A stretch of 64,000 nt of DNA, taken from the NCBI GenBank assembly GCA_021731245.1, contig JAKFXT010000015.1, positions 14,889 to 78,888 on the forward strand, written 5' to 3'. This DNA is from Patescibacteria group bacterium. GTDB lineage: Bacteria > Patescibacteriota > Minisyncoccia > Phycocordibacterales > JAKFXT01. This document shows, in pieces, positions 19,227 to 28,558 of this stretch (within the stretch, counting starts at the first letter, position 1; the number at the start of each line of letters is the position of its first letter). The notes beneath the pieces are model-generated. The model did no database searches. It saw only the letters and a list, made by a program, of their open reading frames with translations, and was not told the origin of the DNA. The position numbers and the translations under genes are program-made.

Positions 19227-19440
19227 GTAAGTGAGTGCTAACACAATCTTGTTGGTTCTAACGAATGTCTGCGAAAGAGCCCCTAAGGGAAACCTTGTGG
19301 GGCCTTTTCGTGCCCGCACATAGGCTTTTTGTTATACTTCGACTGAAGTCCTGATTATTCTTATGTATGGCTCCCGGCCTGCGCTCACTTAAGACATTAG
19401 TTTTGGAGCTAGCACCCGGGGGCCATATATCGGTGTAATT
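19227..19440 (+). ncRNA. candidate structured RNA: murB leader/riboswitch-like element, or an independent sRNA (for example 6S-like)
   Basis: Starts about 6 nt after the -10. The 5' segment GUAAGUGAGUGC (19227-38) pairs with GCGCUCACUUAA (19381-92) to close a roughly 165-nt domain. Inside is a hairpin GCCCCUAAGG-GAAA-CCUUGUGGGGC. It is followed by a short hairpin plus UAAUUUUUAUUU (terminator/attenuator-like) before murB. Confidence 0.3.
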
Positions 19441-19447
19441 TTTATTT

Positions 19448-19512
19448 ATCCCGTTAGAGAAAAATTAAATTTAATACAATAACTCATGCTCACAGACCTC
19501 TCTAATGGGATG
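19448..19512 (+). promoter_or_regulatory. bipartite inverted-repeat leader motif (copy B) at the murB start: ATCCCGTTAGAGA ... TCTCTAATGGGAT(G)
   Basis: Forms a 13-bp helix with one G.U and a 39-nt loop. It carries a compensatory change (AGA/TCT here, AAA/TTT in the other copies). Confidence 0.5.
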
Positions 19513-20523
19513 CAAGAAAACGTTTCTCTGAAATCTTTGACTACATTTCGTATTGGTGGGCAGGCCCGCTTTTTTTGTTTGATAAACAATATAGAGGATT
19601 TAAAGAAAGCGACCCTTTTTGCTAAAGATAAAGGACTTAATATTTTTGTGCTCGGGGGCGGTTCAAATATCCTAGTTTCCGACGATGGATTTGATGGGTT
19701 GGTTGTGAAAATTGATATAGAAGGTATTGAAATTAAAGAACAAGGAGAAGATTTTTCAGTTTCGGTTGGAGCTGGAGTTGTCTGGGATAATTTTGTTGAG
19801 GAGATGGTTTCAAAAGAAATATTTGATCTTGAGAATTTATCAGGAATTCCAGGCAGTGTCGGCGCCGCTCCAATTCAAAATATCGGCGCTTATGGAAAAG
19901 AAGTAAAAGAGGCGATTCTTTCGGTTGAGGTTTTTGATTTAGAAAATTTAAAAGAAATTAAACTTAGTAATGAAGAATGCCAGTTTTCTTATAGAGATAG
20001 TATTTTCAAAAAGAAAGAAGGGAAAAAACTTGTTGTAACTAAGGTTAATTTTTTATTAAAAAAAATCTTCAGTCCGGACATAAGTTATAAAGATATAAAA
20101 GAATACTTTTCAGGGCGTGATTTGGAAGTTACCCCACTTAATCTTCGTGAAGCTGTTATTTCTATAAGAAAAAACAAACTACCTGATCTTGAAATGTATG
20201 GGAGTGCGGGGTCTTTTTTTAAAAACCCAATAATAGATGAGACCCTGGCTGTTTCTTTACTAAAAACTTACCCCAATGTGCCTAATTGGAAGGATTATAG
20301 CGGGAAGACGAAGATTTCGGCCGCCTTTCTTATAGATAAGGTGTGCGGATTTGGTCATGAAAGTGTGGGGGATGCTTCTGTTTGGGAAAAACAGAATCTA
20401 GTTCTAATAAATAAAGGAAATGGAACAGCAAAAGATGTTTTAGACCTAGCAGAAAGAATTCAAAATTGTGTAAAAGAAAAAACAGGGCTTAATTTAGAAA
20501 GGGAAGTTCAATTTATTTCTTAA
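19510..20523 (+). CDS. murB: UDP-N-acetylenolpyruvoylglucosamine reductase
   Basis: FAD-binding domain LTTFRIGGQARFF ... VLGGGSNIL, and the MurB C-terminal domain. The start was placed at the ATG of the conserved TAATGGGATG motif; an in-frame ATG at 19486 is the alternative. Confidence 0.85.
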   Translation: MQENVSLKSLTTFRIGGQARFFCLINNIEDLKKATLFAKDKGLNIFVLGGGSNILVSDDGFDGLVVKIDIEGIEIKEQGEDFSVSVGAGVVWDNFVEEMVSKEIFDLENLSGIPGSVGAAPIQNIGAYGKEVKEAILSVEVFDLENLKEIKLSNEECQFSYRDSIFKKKEGKKLVVTKVNFLLKKIFSPDISYKDIKEYFSGRDLEVTPLNLREAVISIRKNKLPDLEMYGSAGSFFKNPIIDETLAVSLLKTYPNVPNWKDYSGKTKISAAFLIDKVCGFGHESVGDASVWEKQNLVLINKGNGTAKDVLDLAERIQNCVKEKTGLNLEREVQFIS

Positions 20524-20796
20524 ATATTTATTTAATTTTAAGAAAATAAATAATAATTAATTATTATTTATGAATTTTTTGTGAAATATTTAAAATTTAA
20601 GGAAGCGAAGTTATCCACATTTAAATGTGAAAAATAATTGTTAAAGTATTTTATTAGCGGGATAATACTAATTAGAAGTAACAGTTTGTTGTTTCACTTT
20701 TTTTGGAAAAACATCTGATAATTTTTTTAAAATTATCAATGCCGAAAAAAGAGGTCGGCAACATCTGTGAATTATAAAGTAGTTCTAACACTGAAC

Positions 20797-20859
20797 ATGG
20801 CAAAGAAAAAGAAGGCCTCAAAAAAGAAGGCCAAGAAGTCAAAGAAAAAGAAGATGTAA
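20797..20859 (+). CDS. 20-aa lysine-rich micro-ORF (MAKKKKASKKKAKKSKKKKM); coding status uncertain
   Basis: ATG...TAA followed 28 nt later by a strong terminator. No clear SD. Located in the AT-rich spacer upstream of secA. Confidence 0.2.
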   Translation: MAKKKKASKKKAKKSKKKKM

Positions 20860-20886
20860 ATCTTCTTTTAAGGACTTCTCACTTAA

Positions 20887-20929
20887 GACAAAAGACTCTC
20901 TTCGCAAGAACAGGGTCTTTTGTCTTTTT
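20887..20929 (+). terminator. rho-independent terminator
   Basis: GACAAAAGAC ... GTCTTTTGTC 10-bp stem followed by TTTTT. Confidence 0.7.
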
Positions 20930-20960
20930 AGGCCTATTTTTAGGGTCCAAATGTGCTAAA

Positions 20961-23441
20961 ATGCCCATCATGTTTAATTGGCTTAAAGGCTTTGCTGATA
21001 GTGGACAAGGCGCCTTAAAGGAGGCGCAGAAAGATCTTCAAAAGGTTAATTCTTTTGAGACGAGCATATCTGCACTAACTGATGATGCTTTAAAAGCAAA
21101 AACCATAGAATTTAAAGAGCGTTTTCAAAAAGGAGAAACTCTGGATGAATTACTTCCTGAAGCCTTTGCTCTTGTTCGTGAAGCAGCCAAGCGCCTCCGT
21201 GGTGAACGACATTACGATGTGCAAATAGTGGGCGGAATCATTCTTCATCGTAAAGGAATTGCTGAAATGAGGACGGGTGAAGGTAAAACCTTGGTTGCAA
21301 CTCTTCCTGCTTACCTAAACGCCTTATCGGGTAAAGGGGTGCACGTCGTTACAGTAAATGATTATCTTTCTCGACGTGATGCTGTTTGGATGGGGGAAAT
21401 ATATTCTTTTTTGGGATTATCGATTGGAATTTTAAATCATGACTCTTCTTTTCTTTATGATCCAACGCACAAAGAGCTTGATAAAGAAAGAGACGAGCTC
21501 GGCTCATTTAAAGTGCTACATGAATTTTTGCGACCATGTAATAGGCAAGAGGCATACAGAGCAGATATAACTTATGGAACAAATAGCGAATTTGGTTTTG
21601 ATTATTTGCGCGATAATCTTGAATACAGTAAGGACTCTCTTCGCCAAAGACCACATTCTTTTGCAATAGTGGACGAAATCGATTCTATTTTGATAGATGA
21701 AGCCAGAACACCTTTGATCATTTCCGCCCCATCTTCAGAAAGCGCCGAGCTTTATAATGTTTTTGCCAAGATTTCTCGCCAAATGAAGAAGGATGAGGAT
21801 TTTCTTGTTGATGAGAAATTAAAAGCCATAACTTTGACTGATGATGGAATAACCAAAGCAGAAAAGATGTTGGGAGTTTCTAATATTTATACAGAAAAAG
21901 GTATTAAATATGTGCACCACCTAGAAACGGCTATTAAGGCCTCCGCTATTTTTGAAAAAGATAAAGAATATGTGGTAAAAAACGATGAGATTGTCATAGT
22001 GGATGAGTTCACAGGGCGTCTTCAGCCCGGTCGTCGCTGGAGCGAAGGTCTTCACCAGGCCATTGAAGCTAAAGAAGGGGTGTCTGTACAAAAAGAGTCT
22101 CGCACATTTGCTTCAATTACTTATCAGAACTATTTTCGTCTTTACGAAAAGCTCTCTGGTATGACAGGAACAGCTATAACTTCATCTGAAGAATTTTATA
22201 AAGTTTATGGACTTCAAGTTGTGGCTATTCCTACCAATAGACCCTCCGCAAGAAAAGATTTTGAAGATCAGATTTTCCAAACAGAGAAAGGAAAGTTTAA
22301 AGCAATAGCTGTTCGAGTCAAAGAACTTCACGAAAGGGGACAACCGGTTTTGATAGGAACTGTTTCAATTGAAAAAAATGAATTACTTTCTGCTTACTTA
22401 AAACAAGAGGGAATTCCGCACGAAATATTGAATGCTAAGAATCACGAACGGGAAGGAGAAATAATTGCCCAAGCTGGAAAAAATGGCCAAGTAACTATTG
22501 CGACAAACATGGCTGGGCGTGGCGTGGATATAAAGTTGGGCGGGAATCCAGCAACAAATGAAGAGTATGAAGAAGTGAAAAAGAATGGTGGGCTTTTTGT
22601 TTTAGGAACGGAAAGACATGAGGCTCGTCGCATAGATAATCAGCTTCGCGGTCGCTCCGCTCGTCAGGGAGACCCAGGCGCTACACTATTCTTCGTTTCA
22701 CTTGAGGATTCACTTATGAGAGTTTTTGCGTCCGATACCATTAAATCAATGATGGGGCGATTTGGTATTCCAGAAGACCAGCCAATTGAAAATCGTCTCA
22801 TAACTCGCTCATTGGAATCTGCTCAAACAAAGATTGAAGGATTTCACTTTGACTCTAGAAAACATGTCCTTGAATACGATGATATTTTGAATCATCAAAG
22901 AACAATAATGTATGCGCGTAGAAGGGATATGCTTTTGGGGGAAACTGAGACAGTAGATAAATTTTTGGAAGAAGTTATTTTGGGAGATGAAAGTTTGACT
23001 ACTAAAGTAAAAGAGCTTAAAGAAAAAATAGGGGCCGATAATTTTTATTTGAATTTGCGCCGTTTGGTTTTGCAAACTATAGACCTATTTTGGATAGATC
23101 ACCTTGAAGCGATGGATTATCTGCGTTCATCTGTAAATCTGCGCGCTTATGGTCAGCGTGACCCATTGGTGGAGTATAAAAAGGAAGGATTGAAATTATT
23201 TAAAGAAATGGAAGAAGGAATGTTTAATGAAATTACTAGATTACTTCCAATTTTGGCAGAAGGTGCAATTGCAATGGAAAAACAATCAAATTTAACTGAA
23301 ATTAAAGATGGAGCAGAATCAATAACATCATCTACTTCTGTAACAAGCAATACTGATAATTCCGGTGTGTCGAAAGTAGGTAGAAACGAACCGTGCCCGT
23401 GTGGAAGCGGTAAGAAGTATAAGCATTGCCATGGCAAGTAA
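20961..23441 (+). CDS. secA: preprotein translocase ATPase SecA
   Basis: DEAD-like motor motifs (MRTGEGKTLVATLPAYLNAL, VTVNDYLSRRD) and the C-terminal zinc-binding tail CPCGSGKKYKHCHGK. Confidence 0.92.
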   Translation: MPIMFNWLKGFADSGQGALKEAQKDLQKVNSFETSISALTDDALKAKTIEFKERFQKGETLDELLPEAFALVREAAKRLRGERHYDVQIVGGIILHRKGIAEMRTGEGKTLVATLPAYLNALSGKGVHVVTVNDYLSRRDAVWMGEIYSFLGLSIGILNHDSSFLYDPTHKELDKERDELGSFKVLHEFLRPCNRQEAYRADITYGTNSEFGFDYLRDNLEYSKDSLRQRPHSFAIVDEIDSILIDEARTPLIISAPSSESAELYNVFAKISRQMKKDEDFLVDEKLKAITLTDDGITKAEKMLGVSNIYTEKGIKYVHHLETAIKASAIFEKDKEYVVKNDEIVIVDEFTGRLQPGRRWSEGLHQAIEAKEGVSVQKESRTFASITYQNYFRLYEKLSGMTGTAITSSEEFYKVYGLQVVAIPTNRPSARKDFEDQIFQTEKGKFKAIAVRVKELHERGQPVLIGTVSIEKNELLSAYLKQEGIPHEILNAKNHEREGEIIAQAGKNGQVTIATNMAGRGVDIKLGGNPATNEEYEEVKKNGGLFVLGTERHEARRIDNQLRGRSARQGDPGATLFFVSLEDSLMRVFASDTIKSMMGRFGIPEDQPIENRLITRSLESAQTKIEGFHFDSRKHVLEYDDILNHQRTIMYARRRDMLLGETETVDKFLEEVILGDESLTTKVKELKEKIGADNFYLNLRRLVLQTIDLFWIDHLEAMDYLRSSVNLRAYGQRDPLVEYKKEGLKLFKEMEEGMFNEITRLLPILAEGAIAMEKQSNLTEIKDGAESITSSTSVTSNTDNSGVSKVGRNEPCPCGSGKKYKHCHGK

Positions 23442-24057
23442 GAAAATAAATTTAAATGTTGCGGATAAAATGGTTGATCTTGGGAAATTGGTTTTGCAAT
23501 TTGCACGGGTAAATAGAATTACCTATCACGAAGATGACATTACACTAGAATCCGATACAGACCACACTGTATTGCTCTCAATTATTGCTTGCGCTTTTGC
23601 GTCAGATTATAAAAAAAGCTTGAATTTGGGATTGGTTGCCCAATTTGCTTTAGTTCATGATTTGGTAGAAGTTTACGCAGGGGACACCCCTCATTTGCAC
23701 GGTAAAGGCATAGATAAAAGAATGTTGGATAAAGAAAAAAGAGAGAAAAAGGCTTTAATTAGAATAAAAAAGGAATTTGGAAAAACTTTCCCCTGGCTTC
23801 ATAAGACAATAGAAAAATATGAAAAATTAGATACTTCCGAAGCTAGATTTGTAAAAATATTAGATAAAGCTATGCCTAAGATAACCCACTCCCTTAACAG
23901 GGTTAGAGTTTTAAAGAAACATGGATATACCAGAGAAATGTCAAAAGTTGCTTTTGAAAAACAGATTTTAGAAATTAGTAAAAGTTACGGTAAAGATCAA
24001 AAGGAGGCATTGGAAATAATGAGATTGTTAGCAAAGAAGGCCGTTTTGGCTTATTGA
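23431..24057 (+). CDS. HD-domain phosphohydrolase (YfbR-like 5'-deoxynucleotidase family)
   Basis: H...HD...AE(V)..GD.P pattern (HTVLLS ... VHDLVEVYAGDTP). The start was taken at the ATG overlapping the secA stop. Confidence 0.65.
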   Translation: MASKKINLNVADKMVDLGKLVLQFARVNRITYHEDDITLESDTDHTVLLSIIACAFASDYKKSLNLGLVAQFALVHDLVEVYAGDTPHLHGKGIDKRMLDKEKREKKALIRIKKEFGKTFPWLHKTIEKYEKLDTSEARFVKILDKAMPKITHSLNRVRVLKKHGYTREMSKVAFEKQILEISKSYGKDQKEALEIMRLLAKKAVLAY

Positions 24058-24100
24058 TTTTTCTTGCCAAAGAAACAGAAAGTATGAGAAACTAGACGGA

Positions 24101-24685
24101 ATGTCTTCTGAAGAAAAAAAAGATTTTATAGTTATAGGTGTGACGGGAGAACCATCAGCAGGTAAAGACTATTTTGCAGAATATATTGAAAGTAAAGGAT
24201 TCCCCCATATTTCTTTGGGAGATTATTTAAGAAAAGAAGCACCTAAACACGGCTTTTCTTTAGATAGACCTGGCCTTTCCGCTTTCGTAAGTAAAATCAG
24301 AATGGAAAGAGGTTATCAATATCCAGTAGATGAAGTTTCAGAGAATATAAAAGGAGATACAATCCTTTCTGGTTTTAGAAACAGAAAGGAGAGTGAATTT
24401 TTGAAGAATAAATTTGGGAGCAGGTTTGTTTTTGTCGGTGTTACTGCTAGGCCAGAAATTAGATATGAGAGAATGAAAAAAAGAGGGCGTATTGGAGATA
24501 ATTTAAGTTTTGATGAATTTCAAAGACAAGACATAGAAGATAGGAAAAATGCAACAGGAACTCACGAAGTAGATAAAGTGGTAGAAAGCGCTGATTACAA
24601 AATAGATAATAGTGGGGGAGAGGAAGAATTTAAAAAGAAAATTGATGAATGGTTTCTAGAAAATATCTCTAGTTTAAATAAATAA
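24101..24685 (+). CDS. P-loop nucleoside/nucleotide kinase-like protein (dNMP-kinase / CoaE-like)
   Basis: Walker A IGVTGEPSAGKD at the N-terminus in a 194-aa protein, with an arginine-rich lid-like region (RYERMKKRGR). Confidence 0.45.
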   Translation: MSSEEKKDFIVIGVTGEPSAGKDYFAEYIESKGFPHISLGDYLRKEAPKHGFSLDRPGLSAFVSKIRMERGYQYPVDEVSENIKGDTILSGFRNRKESEFLKNKFGSRFVFVGVTARPEIRYERMKKRGRIGDNLSFDEFQRQDIEDRKNATGTHEVDKVVESADYKIDNSGGEEEFKKKIDEWFLENISSLNK

Positions 24686-24743
24686 ATGTTTGTTAGGTTT
24701 TAGTCCTTGCAATTGAAGGCCGTCAATACGAAAATATAAGGGA

Positions 24744-26642
24744 ATGAAGGTCTCTTTTAAAAAACTTTTGCTAGTTGGTGAGCTCCCAATTTGGTTGGAT
24801 ACTATTTTTATTACTTTCACCGTAGCTGTATTGATTATTCGCTACGCAAATATTTTTGCAGAAAATATAATAAATCCATTTCTTATTGGAATTTCCATAA
24901 TAGCCAACATTCCTGTTGCAATAGCCGTATTCAATTCTTTTAAAGAAAGGCGTATTACAGCAGATATTCTTGCGGGAATTGCTTTAATTTTTTCTTTTAT
25001 AGCGCAGGAATGGGCATCAGCCGCCTTTATCACCCTGATGCTTGCTTTTGCAAGAATGCTTCATACTTGGAGTGATTCTAAAGCCAATAATGCACTAAAT
25101 AGTTTAGCAAAACTTAAACCTAAGTATGCAAGGGTAAGACATGGAAACACAATAGTAGAGATTCCAATTAATAAAGTTAAATTGGGAGATACTGTGGTTG
25201 TTTCTCTAGGAGAAAGTGTTCCGGTAGATGGAAAAATTATTGAAGGTTCAGGTCTTCTCAATCAATCCTCTATTACAGGAGAGTCTATTCCCGTTTATAA
25301 AAAAGAAGAAGATAAAATCTTGAGTGGTTCAATTGTTGTACAAGGAAATTTTGAAATTGTGGCCCAAAAAGTGGGGAAGTACTCAACAATAGAAAGAATA
25401 ATTTCTTTAGTGGAGTCAGCGGCAGAGCAGAAAGCACCAATTGTTAAAATTGCAGATAAATTGTCGGCTTACTATATTGGAGGGGCTTTTTTGGTTTCGA
25501 TTATTGTTTATGCTGTAAGTCAGGATGTCTCTTTGGTTCTAAGTATTCTCTTGGTTGTTTGTGCTGACGAAATAGCAGTGGCGATTCCACTGGCATTCTT
25601 AATGGCAGTAGCAATTTCAGCTAAAAGAGGAGTCATAATAAGAGGCGCTGAATTTTTGGAAGGTCTTTCTCGACTTAATACTTTGGTTGTAGATAAAACA
25701 GGGACATTAACTATGGGAAAGCTCGGTGTTGCGGGTTGTGTAATAGGTAAAGGAATTGATAGTGATGATTTTTTTGAAGCGGCATCTTTGACTTCTTCTA
25801 TTTCAAAACACCCAGCCTCTCGTGCAATTGAGAAATATGTTTCTAAATTTACTAAGCAGAAGTCGCCGGACTCATATGAAGAAAAAGTAGGAAAAGGAGT
25901 TGTTGCACGTTTTAAAGGTGGACATTTCTTTTTAGGGAGAAGAAGTTTCATGGAAGAGATGCATGCGTCACTCTCTAAAGATTTATTGGAGCGTATGAGG
26001 GAAGCAGAACTCCTTGGTTTTAATATAACCTATATCGGTAAAGGAAAAGAAGTTCTAGGATTTTTTATTGTTTCTGATGAATTAAAGAAAAATGTTAAGA
26101 ACGACATTGATCATTTGAAATTATTGGGTGTTAAAGAAATTTTGATGCTAACAGGAGACAATGCAATGGTGGCTCACCGTATTGGACTTGAAGCCGGCGT
26201 TACACAAGTTAGGGCGAATTTGTTGCCAGAAGATAAAGTTAAAGAAGTTGAAAAGTTTTTACACAAAAGTCCTAAAGATATGCTTGCAGTAGTGGGTGAT
26301 GGAGTGAATGATGCGGCTGCATTAAAAAGAGCGCCGATCGGGATTGTTATGGGAGCCGTCGGCTCTGATGTGTCAATTGAGGCAGCTGATGTTATTTTGA
26401 TGCACGATGATTTCTCGAAAATTCCTGAAACGGTAGATTTGTCACGTTTTGTTATGCAAATTGCAAAGCAAAACTTTATGTGGTGGATTGTTATAAATGG
26501 AGTCGGTCTTTACCTAGTTTTTACCCATGTGCTGAACCCAACTTCTGCCGCTGCTTTTAATTTCCTGACGGACTTTATACCACTTCTCAATGCCTTAAGG
26601 GTTATGAGATTTAAAAGGTCACCAATCTTTCGTCAATTGTGA
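24744..26642 (+). CDS. P-type cation-transporting ATPase (P1B-like; no N-terminal metal-binding domain)
   Basis: DKTGTLT phosphorylation motif, MLTGDN and VGDGVNDAAAL hinge motifs. TM helices flank the cytoplasmic domains. Confidence 0.8.
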   Translation: MKVSFKKLLLVGELPIWLDTIFITFTVAVLIIRYANIFAENIINPFLIGISIIANIPVAIAVFNSFKERRITADILAGIALIFSFIAQEWASAAFITLMLAFARMLHTWSDSKANNALNSLAKLKPKYARVRHGNTIVEIPINKVKLGDTVVVSLGESVPVDGKIIEGSGLLNQSSITGESIPVYKKEEDKILSGSIVVQGNFEIVAQKVGKYSTIERIISLVESAAEQKAPIVKIADKLSAYYIGGAFLVSIIVYAVSQDVSLVLSILLVVCADEIAVAIPLAFLMAVAISAKRGVIIRGAEFLEGLSRLNTLVVDKTGTLTMGKLGVAGCVIGKGIDSDDFFEAASLTSSISKHPASRAIEKYVSKFTKQKSPDSYEEKVGKGVVARFKGGHFFLGRRSFMEEMHASLSKDLLERMREAELLGFNITYIGKGKEVLGFFIVSDELKKNVKNDIDHLKLLGVKEILMLTGDNAMVAHRIGLEAGVTQVRANLLPEDKVKEVEKFLHKSPKDMLAVVGDGVNDAAALKRAPIGIVMGAVGSDVSIEAADVILMHDDFSKIPETVDLSRFVMQIAKQNFMWWIVINGVGLYLVFTHVLNPTSAAAFNFLTDFIPLLNALRVMRFKRSPIFRQL

Positions 26643-26688
26643 TCTTAAGTCAAGATGCCGATTTTCGTTTTTAATATATAATAGCCAA

Positions 26689-27366
26689 ATGAATAATGGT
26701 TTTTATTGGATAATAGGCGTAATAGTTATTTTTATAGGGCTACTCGCAGGAGCGGCTTTATATAAAAATAAAAGTGCTACAGGACTTCCTGTTCCTACAG
26801 AAGAAATTTCTCTTTCTGATTGGACAGTTGGTACAAGCACTTCTGTTGTTTTAATGGAATACAGTGATTTCCAATGTCCTGCATGTAGAAGCTATTTTCC
26901 AATGGTTGAACAAATTGTTGCAGAATACAAAAATCGTATTACTTTTGTTTATAGACATTTTCCTCTACCACAACACTTGAATGCCATGGCCGCATCTCGT
27001 GCGTCAGAAGCTGCGGGGCGACAAGGAAAGTTCTGGGAAATGTATGTAATGCTTTTCCAAAATCAAGACGCTTGGGCGACTGTTTCAAAGCCACTTGATA
27101 AATATAAAGAATACGCGACGGAGTTAGGCCTTGATATTGAAAGATTTGAAAATGATTACAATGACCCAGCACTTAAAGGTAAGGTTCAGAATGATTATAA
27201 AAGTGGTGTGAAATTGGGAGTGGAAGCAACTCCAACTTTTTTCATAAACGGTAAGAAGATTAGTAATCCTCAAGGAAATACAGTGGAAGAAATAATGGCA
27301 GGATTTAGAAAAGAATTAGACGCGGCATTTATTCCCAATGTACAAGTGACATTGCCAGTTCAATAA
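26689..27366 (+). CDS. DsbA-like thiol:disulfide oxidoreductase (membrane-anchored)
   Basis: N-terminal TM helix, then thioredoxin-fold CxxC (FQCPACRSY), then the DsbA-type helical insertion. Confidence 0.75.
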   Translation: MNNGFYWIIGVIVIFIGLLAGAALYKNKSATGLPVPTEEISLSDWTVGTSTSVVLMEYSDFQCPACRSYFPMVEQIVAEYKNRITFVYRHFPLPQHLNAMAASRASEAAGRQGKFWEMYVMLFQNQDAWATVSKPLDKYKEYATELGLDIERFENDYNDPALKGKVQNDYKSGVKLGVEATPTFFINGKKISNPQGNTVEEIMAGFRKELDAAFIPNVQVTLPVQ

Positions 27367-27372
27367 GAGTTT

Positions 27373-27849
27373 ATGTCAGGAGATATGAAATTGCTTACAT
27401 TGGTTGTTGTTCATCAGCATCCCAAGGTTCTTTTGGCTATGAAAAAAAGAGGTTTTGGCGCGGGGCGCTGGAATGGTTTTGGTGGGAAAGTTAATCAAGG
27501 TGAAGAAATAGAAGAGGCAGCCAAAAGAGAGATAAGTGAAGAGTCGGGGATTGAAGTAGAAAATTTAGAAAAATTAGGAATTTTGAATTTTGAATTTAAG
27601 GTGGATGGAAAACTTTTACAAGTTCATATTTTTAAAGCTCGTGATTATAGAGGGGAGCCAAAGGAAACGGAAGAAATGAATCCGAAATGGTTTTTTGTTG
27701 ATGAAATTCCTTTTATGGAAATGTGGGCAGCTGATAAATTTTGGATACCATTGTTTTTAAAGGACAGGAAGTTCAAAGGTAAAATTCTTTTTGGAGAAGG
27801 GGATGTTGTTTTAGAGAAAAATGTTGAAGAAGTGTCTTCTCTAACTTAA
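27373..27849 (+). CDS. NUDIX hydrolase
   Basis: Nudix box GGKVNQGEEIEEAAKREISEESGI. Confidence 0.8.
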   Translation: MSGDMKLLTLVVVHQHPKVLLAMKKRGFGAGRWNGFGGKVNQGEEIEEAAKREISEESGIEVENLEKLGILNFEFKVDGKLLQVHIFKARDYRGEPKETEEMNPKWFFVDEIPFMEMWAADKFWIPLFLKDRKFKGKILFGEGDVVLEKNVEEVSSLT

Positions 27850-27861
27850 CTATAATTATCT

Positions 27862-28503
27862 GTGATACAAAATCTACTTACTTTTATTGAAAACATTATT
27901 ATTACCCATGGGGCCTGGGGTATTTTCTGGGCTGGATTTTTGGAAGAAATTTTAGCCTTTGTTCCTTCAACTTTAGTAATAATGACAAGTGGGTTTTTTA
28001 TGCTTGGAAATGATCCAGTAATTTTTTCTTCTTTTTTAAAATTATTTATGAAAGTTGTTATTCCAGTTTCACTGGGGCTTACTCTTGGATCACTGGTTGC
28101 TTATTACATTTTCTATTTTATTGGAGAACCAGCCATTAAAATTTTCGGTAAATATGTGGGAGTTAGTTTAAGTGATATAGAAAAAATAAAAGAAAGAACT
28201 TCAAAAGGGGTTAGAGACGAGGTTCTTATTTTTTTAGCTCGTGCCACTCCATTTTTTCCCATAATGCTCGTTAATGTATTTTGTGGCTTGATTAAATATC
28301 CTCTGACTAAATTCATTTACATCTCATTTCTGGGTGTTTTAGTAAGAGCTACAATTGTAGGTTTCTTGGGCTGGCAACTCGGTACTTTTTATAAAGATAT
28401 TTCTTCGAAGTTTCAAACAGTGGAGACAATCTTCGCGCTAATTATAGTTTTTGGTATTTTTTATTTAATATATAAAAACAGAAATAAAGGAAATGAAAGA
28501 TAG
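27862..28503 (+). CDS. DedA-family membrane protein
   Basis: TM topology and conserved G..F.E....F.P motifs (FWAGFLEEILAFVPS) of the SNARE-associated/DedA family. Confidence 0.7.
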   Translation: MIQNLLTFIENIIITHGAWGIFWAGFLEEILAFVPSTLVIMTSGFFMLGNDPVIFSSFLKLFMKVVIPVSLGLTLGSLVAYYIFYFIGEPAIKIFGKYVGVSLSDIEKIKERTSKGVRDEVLIFLARATPFFPIMLVNVFCGLIKYPLTKFIYISFLGVLVRATIVGFLGWQLGTFYKDISSKFQTVETIFALIIVFGIFYLIYKNRNKGNER

Positions 28504-28558
28504 TGAAACAGGTAAAATTGTCTAAAAACGGTCTATTTTTCATGATATAATTAGAAAT

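Noticed and set aside
20760-20870. Possible CRISPR array, or repeat-rich AAG/AAA tracts upstream of secA
   Set aside because: It is only a short Lys-codon run (a micro-ORF), not spaced direct repeats. No CRISPR-like periodic repeats were found anywhere in the window.
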